A stretch of 20,000 nucleotides of DNA, taken from contig AP024665.1 in the NCBI GenBank assembly GCA_024346625.1, positions 2,404,585 through 2,424,584 of the forward strand, read 5' to 3'. The position numbers and the translations under genes are program-made. The stretch comes from Williopsis jadinii. Lineage: Eukaryota. Under the pieces are notes generated by a model. That model was not told where the DNA came from. It ran no database searches and saw nothing but the letters and a program-made list of their open reading frames with translations. Positions 16,692 to 20,000 of this stretch are shown one piece after another (positions within the stretch are counted from its first letter, which is position 1; each line of letters starts with the position of its first letter).

Positions 16692-17296
16692 GATAAGCTT
16701 GAAACAGCCAATTGTGAATAGATTTGTCCCTATCGTTTCTTCCCTCACTGTAGAAGAAAAGTACAGTTATGGAGGGTGAGGTCGGTATTTAGCGGCTAAA
16801 CCCGATGCAAGCCTGAGAAGTGTGTACAAACCAGTGTTGTGAGAAGGGAAAATCGCTTCCAGCTTCCGACCTTCATTATGACGTTTTGGCAGCCTGATAG
16901 AGAGATAAGCTCTCAACATCGGGTAATTTTGCATTGCTGTTCGAAGGTTGACTGTTTTTTACGATGATGATGACAATACACCATTGGAAGCGTTCTCTTC
17001 AAGATGTTTGCGTGGAACTAAGAAGGTTCTCACGTAATGATCTCAACGTCAACTACGTCGCCGGCCTTGATAAGATCAATCAACAGTTCTTTACATTTAT
17101 CATTAACTGTAACTCGAGGTGGAAAAGCATTGTTGCCCTAAGCGACACACCAAAGGGAGAATAAAGAGAATTGATGCATGTCTGCTCAAAGTAATGATGT
17201 TTTGAAATTGGAGGACGAAATGTGGGTCCGGTGGGCTCGGTGGGGAGGCGCACGAGTTCTCTCTCAACTTCCCTTAATCATCCCTTGAGTCTTATC
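16692..17296. promoter_or_regulatory. Cluster of four GATAAG (GATA factor / nitrogen catabolite repression) elements upstream of the MFS gene
   Basis: GATAAG at 16692, 16904 and 17069, and CTTATC at 17291. Confidence 0.4.
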
Positions 17297-17470
17297 TTTG
17301 GATGGAACACTCAGAATAGTGTTATCAGGATTGACATCTTCAAGGCTCGTCGTCAGTTGTACATTCCCGTGTGACTTCTCTCCATAGACCACAACTTGTT
17401 CAAGTGCCCTTATAAGATAGACTCAACACCCACTCAATCACAAGATGAAGAACTAGAAAGCCCTGCAAGG

Positions 17471-19068
17471 ATGGCTGACTTTAACTTCGAAAAGCAAAAC
17501 CTGCCACAAAAGGTTGTACAAGCGGACTCAAGTCTTGATATTGAGACTGGAAGGGTGTCACTACAGAGTGAATATGTCGAAGTTGAAGGCAATGACCCTA
17601 TTCTCGCTGAAAAGATTCATCTCATCAATGATGCTATTGATGAAATTGGATTTACATGGTACCATGCAAAGTTATTTTGTATTGCAGGCTGTGGTTACTC
17701 CATAGATTCGCAAATGGAAATGGTTCAAGTAACTGTTAGAGTGTACGTGGACTACCAAATGCTAGGTTCTGGCTTCCCAATATCAACTGAGATCTTCTAT
17801 GCAGGGCTCATTGCAGGGTCTATTGTGTTTGGTATGGGATGTGACCTCATTGGTAGAAAACTGGTGTTCAATTCCTCCATTTTACTCACTTCAATTTTTG
17901 GATTTTTCACTGGAGGTACAGATAACTACCCAATGTACTGCATCTTTATGTTTCTATCTTCGATGGCTGCAGGAGGTAACTTGGCTACAGATGTCTCAGT
18001 CTTTCTAGAGTACCTTCCTTCGAGGTACCAGTGGATGAATAGTTCCATGGCGTTATTCTGGGGCATTGGACAAACCATCGCAGCTTTGATTTCTTGGGCT
18101 TTTATCCCAAGTAACTCTTGTGCTGGACCTGAATACTGTCCTTCTAGTATAAACAGAGGAAGGAGGTACTGCTGGTACGTCAACTCTGCAATTTGTCTAC
18201 TCGCTGCTCTAGTCGTCTCTTTTTTCTGAAGATGGATGAAACACCTAAGCATTTGGTTACCACAGGAAGGGATGCGGAAGCTGTGGAGGTTCTACAAAAG
18301 ATTGCCAACAAGTACCAGCGGACAATGTCATTAACACTCGAGCAACTGGAGTCATGCGGACCAATAAAACAAGACTATTTTGATCCTTCCAAAGATGGTT
18401 ATAACATAAAAGCACTGGGGAAAGCAATGCTTACGAACTTGGCGATCTTATTCCAGAGCAAACGTGTTGCAAGATCAACCATTCTGATCATCCTTTCGTG
18501 GGCCTTTATTGGTCTGTCTTACTCAACGTTTTACAACTTTATCTACGTCTATATTGCTTCCCATGGAGGCGACACAGCAACCTCCACTTATAACGCTTAC
18601 CGGAATAACGTTTTAGCCAATTTTACTGGAATTTTCGGTCCCATCCTAGCAGGGTTTACCATTCTGATTAGATTCAAAATGTTCAGCAAGGAGTTTGTTT
18701 TTGGAAGAAGAGGAACGATGATTTTCGGTTCACTGGCATCAATGGCTATTCTGTTTGCGTATACTTCTGTGAGAACTGCTGCTGGTGATGCAGGTTTCAG
18801 TGCAGCAACGTATTTCTTTACCAATGTTTATTATGCTGCGCTGTACGCATATACACCTGAAGTGTTTCCAACTAAGGCAAGAGGTACAGGTGTGGGTGTA
18901 TGCTTGATAGCTGGAAGAATATTTGGTGCATTTGCCCCTGTGATCAATTACTTTGGTGCGCAGTCGGCTAGCTCAGTTCCGATTTGGGTCTGTGGTGCTG
19001 TTATAGGCTGCCTCTCGATTCTTGCGGCGTTGATGCCATTTGAACCATCGCTGAAGAGAACTGTGTGA
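17471..19068 (+). pseudogene. SV2-like fungal MFS (sugar-porter superfamily) transporter split by a single -1 frameshift at ~18209-18226
   Basis: ORF 17396-18229 (likely ATG 17471, MADFNFEK; KIHLINDAIDEIGFTWYH, DLIGRK, GGNL..D..VFLEYLP) continues in ORF 18193-19068 (RLFFLKMDETPK, GRRG, LYAYTPEVFPTKARGTG). The joined product is ~532 aa. Could be a true pseudogene, an assembly error or recoding. Confidence 0.8.
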
Positions 19069-19595
19069 CTTCAAGCCATGTGTAATCTTTCCCCTGAAGC
19101 CTCTGATATGTTTATTTCCAAGTGTTTTTAACATGCTTGTAACTGTACACATGGTTGGTGTCCTTATTGCCTCAGGGCTTGTTATCCACAGTTATAGTCT
19201 TGGGTATCGTGGACTTCAAAGAGAGAAACTAATGTGGGTCAATAGGTGATCAATCTTGATACTTTTCATAACATATTTTTATGGTAAATACAGCATGTTC
19301 TGCTTAGTTCTGATTGTGACACTATCTTTAAGTACTATTCGAGAATACGTCATTCAAAGTGACAATTCTCAATTTGATTCTACTGTTATAATATCGTTTC
19401 AATCTCAGCACCTAGTTAAAGTTCCAATGGTTTTCATGAGAAGCTCAAAATATACAGGAGAACCGGCTGCTTGTCCTTCCAGGGGTGTATAGTTCTTCAA
19501 GTGATACTGTTTTCACCATGGTTATGAGGTATGACCAATTCACAAATACATTACCTCTTTGATCTCTGAACATGGCTTCACAACGGAGCTCTCAA

Positions 19596-19622
19596 TTCTC
19601 TGATCTAAACGTGATCAGAGAA
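19596..19622. repeat. Perfect 10-bp inverted repeat with 7-nt loop
   Basis: TTCTCTGATC-TAAACGT-GATCAGAGAA. Confidence 0.7.
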
Positions 19623-19783
19623 GTACACTGCTTCTTGGAGTTCTGAGGTACGTTTTGTTTGCTGTATTCATTGGGCCTTAGCAAAAGAGCACAACATCAA
19701 GCTGGTAACATGGTGCTTTGATCGATACTGAAACGTCTTCATAGAGTTAGACTTTGGTAATTTATATGATTCCGATATGTTGC

Positions 19784-20000
19784 GGTGTCTGGGTGTCTGG
19801 GTGTCTGGGTGTCTGGATGTGTCTGGGTGTCTGGGTGTCTGGGTGTCTGGGTGTCTGGGTGTCTGGGTGTCTGGGTGTCTGGGTGTCTGGGTGTCTGGGT
19901 GTCTGGGTGTCTGGGTGTCTGGGTGTCTGGGTGTCTGGGTGTCTGGGTGTCTGGGTGTCTGGGTGTCTGGGTGTCTGGGTGTCTGGGTGTCTGGGTGTCT
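19784..20000 (+). repeat. Telomeric repeat array (GGGTGTCT)n, G-rich strand running to the chromosome end
   Basis: One partial unit, 3 perfect units, one 10-bp variant GGATGTGTCT (19815-19824), then 22 perfect units to the window end. Confidence 0.97.

Noticed and set aside
14923..17164. Short ORFs in the long intergenic region (including 106 aa at 14923-15243)
   Set aside because: No recognisable domains or coding-like composition.
19256..19770. 78-aa ORF and ARS-consensus-like ATTTATATGAT near the telomere
   Set aside because: The ORF starts at TTG and has no motifs; the ACS match is only 9/11.
1..20000. tRNA, rRNA, LTR/transposon or CRISPR elements
   Set aside because: None recognisable; the repeats are explained as coding adhesin units and telomere.

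Overview
Chromosome-end (subtelomere plus telomere) window of a budding yeast that reads CTG as Leu. It ends in about 27 units of the telomeric octamer GGGTGTCT (19784-20000). Genes in order: a 2OG-Fe(II) dioxygenase (IPNS/thymine-dioxygenase-like, +); a giant 2521-aa GPI-anchored adhesin-like protein (+); a YCT1-type cysteine transporter (+) with Met31/32 and Cbf1 sites in its promoter; a convergent FEN2/SEO1/Liz1-family permease (-); a 2.7-kb gene-free divergent promoter region; and an SV2-like MFS transporter split by a -1 frameshift about 0.7 kb from the telomere. The adhesin has a Cys-containing N-domain, about 37 degenerate SHITT-like repeats, two copies of an unrecognised ~100-aa domain and a lone KR site. 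Most notable observations: (1) a hidden in-frame, stop-free intron candidate (GTATGG...TACTAAC...AAG, 54 nt, with a possible longer alternative) exactly at the break in the adhesin repeat array; (2) the unusual adhesin domain architecture; (3) the MFS frameshift lying next to an in-phase U_UUU_UUC slippery heptamer. All homology calls come from recalled family motifs, not from database searches.
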